Shown here: in pieces, positions 63,565 through 64,000 of the stretch
How positions within the stretch are numbered: the stretch's first letter is position 1
How the letters are laid out: every line of letters starts with the position of its first letter
Assembly: GCF_000002075.1 (NCBI RefSeq)
Contig: NW_004797324.1
Span: 119,192 to 183,191 of the forward strand
Length of the DNA stretch: 64,000 nucleotides
Reading direction: 5' to 3'
DNA from: Aplysia californica
Taxonomy: Eukaryota
Made by a program: the position numbers and the translations under genes
The notes under the pieces: model-generated
What the model was told of the DNA's origin: nothing
Database searches by the model: none
The model's input: only the letters and a program-made list of their open reading frames with translations

Positions 63565-64000
63565 GTGAGTTCCCATTTCCCAGCTAGGGTAACTGTGTGC
63601 TGCTTAAAGACTCGCCCCAGTTTCCACACCCCCCCCCCCACCCCTAAGGGCTGTGTCACCAACACACATATTTTGAGTTGCATTTATCCGTGCAGCTTTG
63701 ACCCAAAATTGAAAACCTGGGCTCCCACAATATTAAAAAGTGGAATAGGAAAGAAACTTAACAATTCTGAAATATTTCACAACAATCCGTAGCGATCGAA
63801 ATCTACATTTATTGTAAACGTTCTTAAGGGCCTACAGGTCGGCCGGACAGGTTTCTGGTCCGTAGGGCCAATCGTAACGTGTAATAAGAAATGCGGCTAA
63901 AAAAAGCGTAGGCGAACATCCGGCGAATAGCCGGCCGGCCGGATGCAAAAAACCCACAGCCGGTGCCTGGGAATTTGACGTCCGGCCATCCGCCTTCAGG

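Overview
Eukaryotic, microsatellite- and transposon-rich animal DNA with many N gaps. Repeat families and gene types suggest a gastropod mollusc, which is inference. Genes: (1) Two tandem, intronless long-MRP/ABCC1-like ABC transporter ORFs. Copy 1 (4083/4095-7666) runs into a 100-N gap and copy 2 (13104-17618) is complete. Each has a TATA/Inr promoter, a 5'UTR exon carrying a uORF and one 5'UTR intron. Their substrate-cavity helices are unusually His/Cys/Met-rich, and the copies differ by a whole-codon Asp/Arg swap in TM16. (2) A minus-strand spliced gene, not assembled in the ORF track, for a small secreted VWC-domain protein (25299->20968). Its putative last exon was co-duplicated with the ABCC unit, leaving a near-identical second copy at 8430-8545. 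(3) The 5' half of an SLC22/Orct-like transporter (five coding exons, 49352-63564). The rest is mobile DNA: RTE, L2, Rex/Babar and I-group (Nimb/Ingi-like) LINE pieces, a Helitron, a Tc1 remnant, hAT/Harbinger/TA-TSD MITEs, and tRNA-derived Meta- and Nin/Deu-type SINEs. These include a SINE-head/LINE chimera and an internally deleted RTE with a TSD. All alignments were done by eye and no database searches were run.
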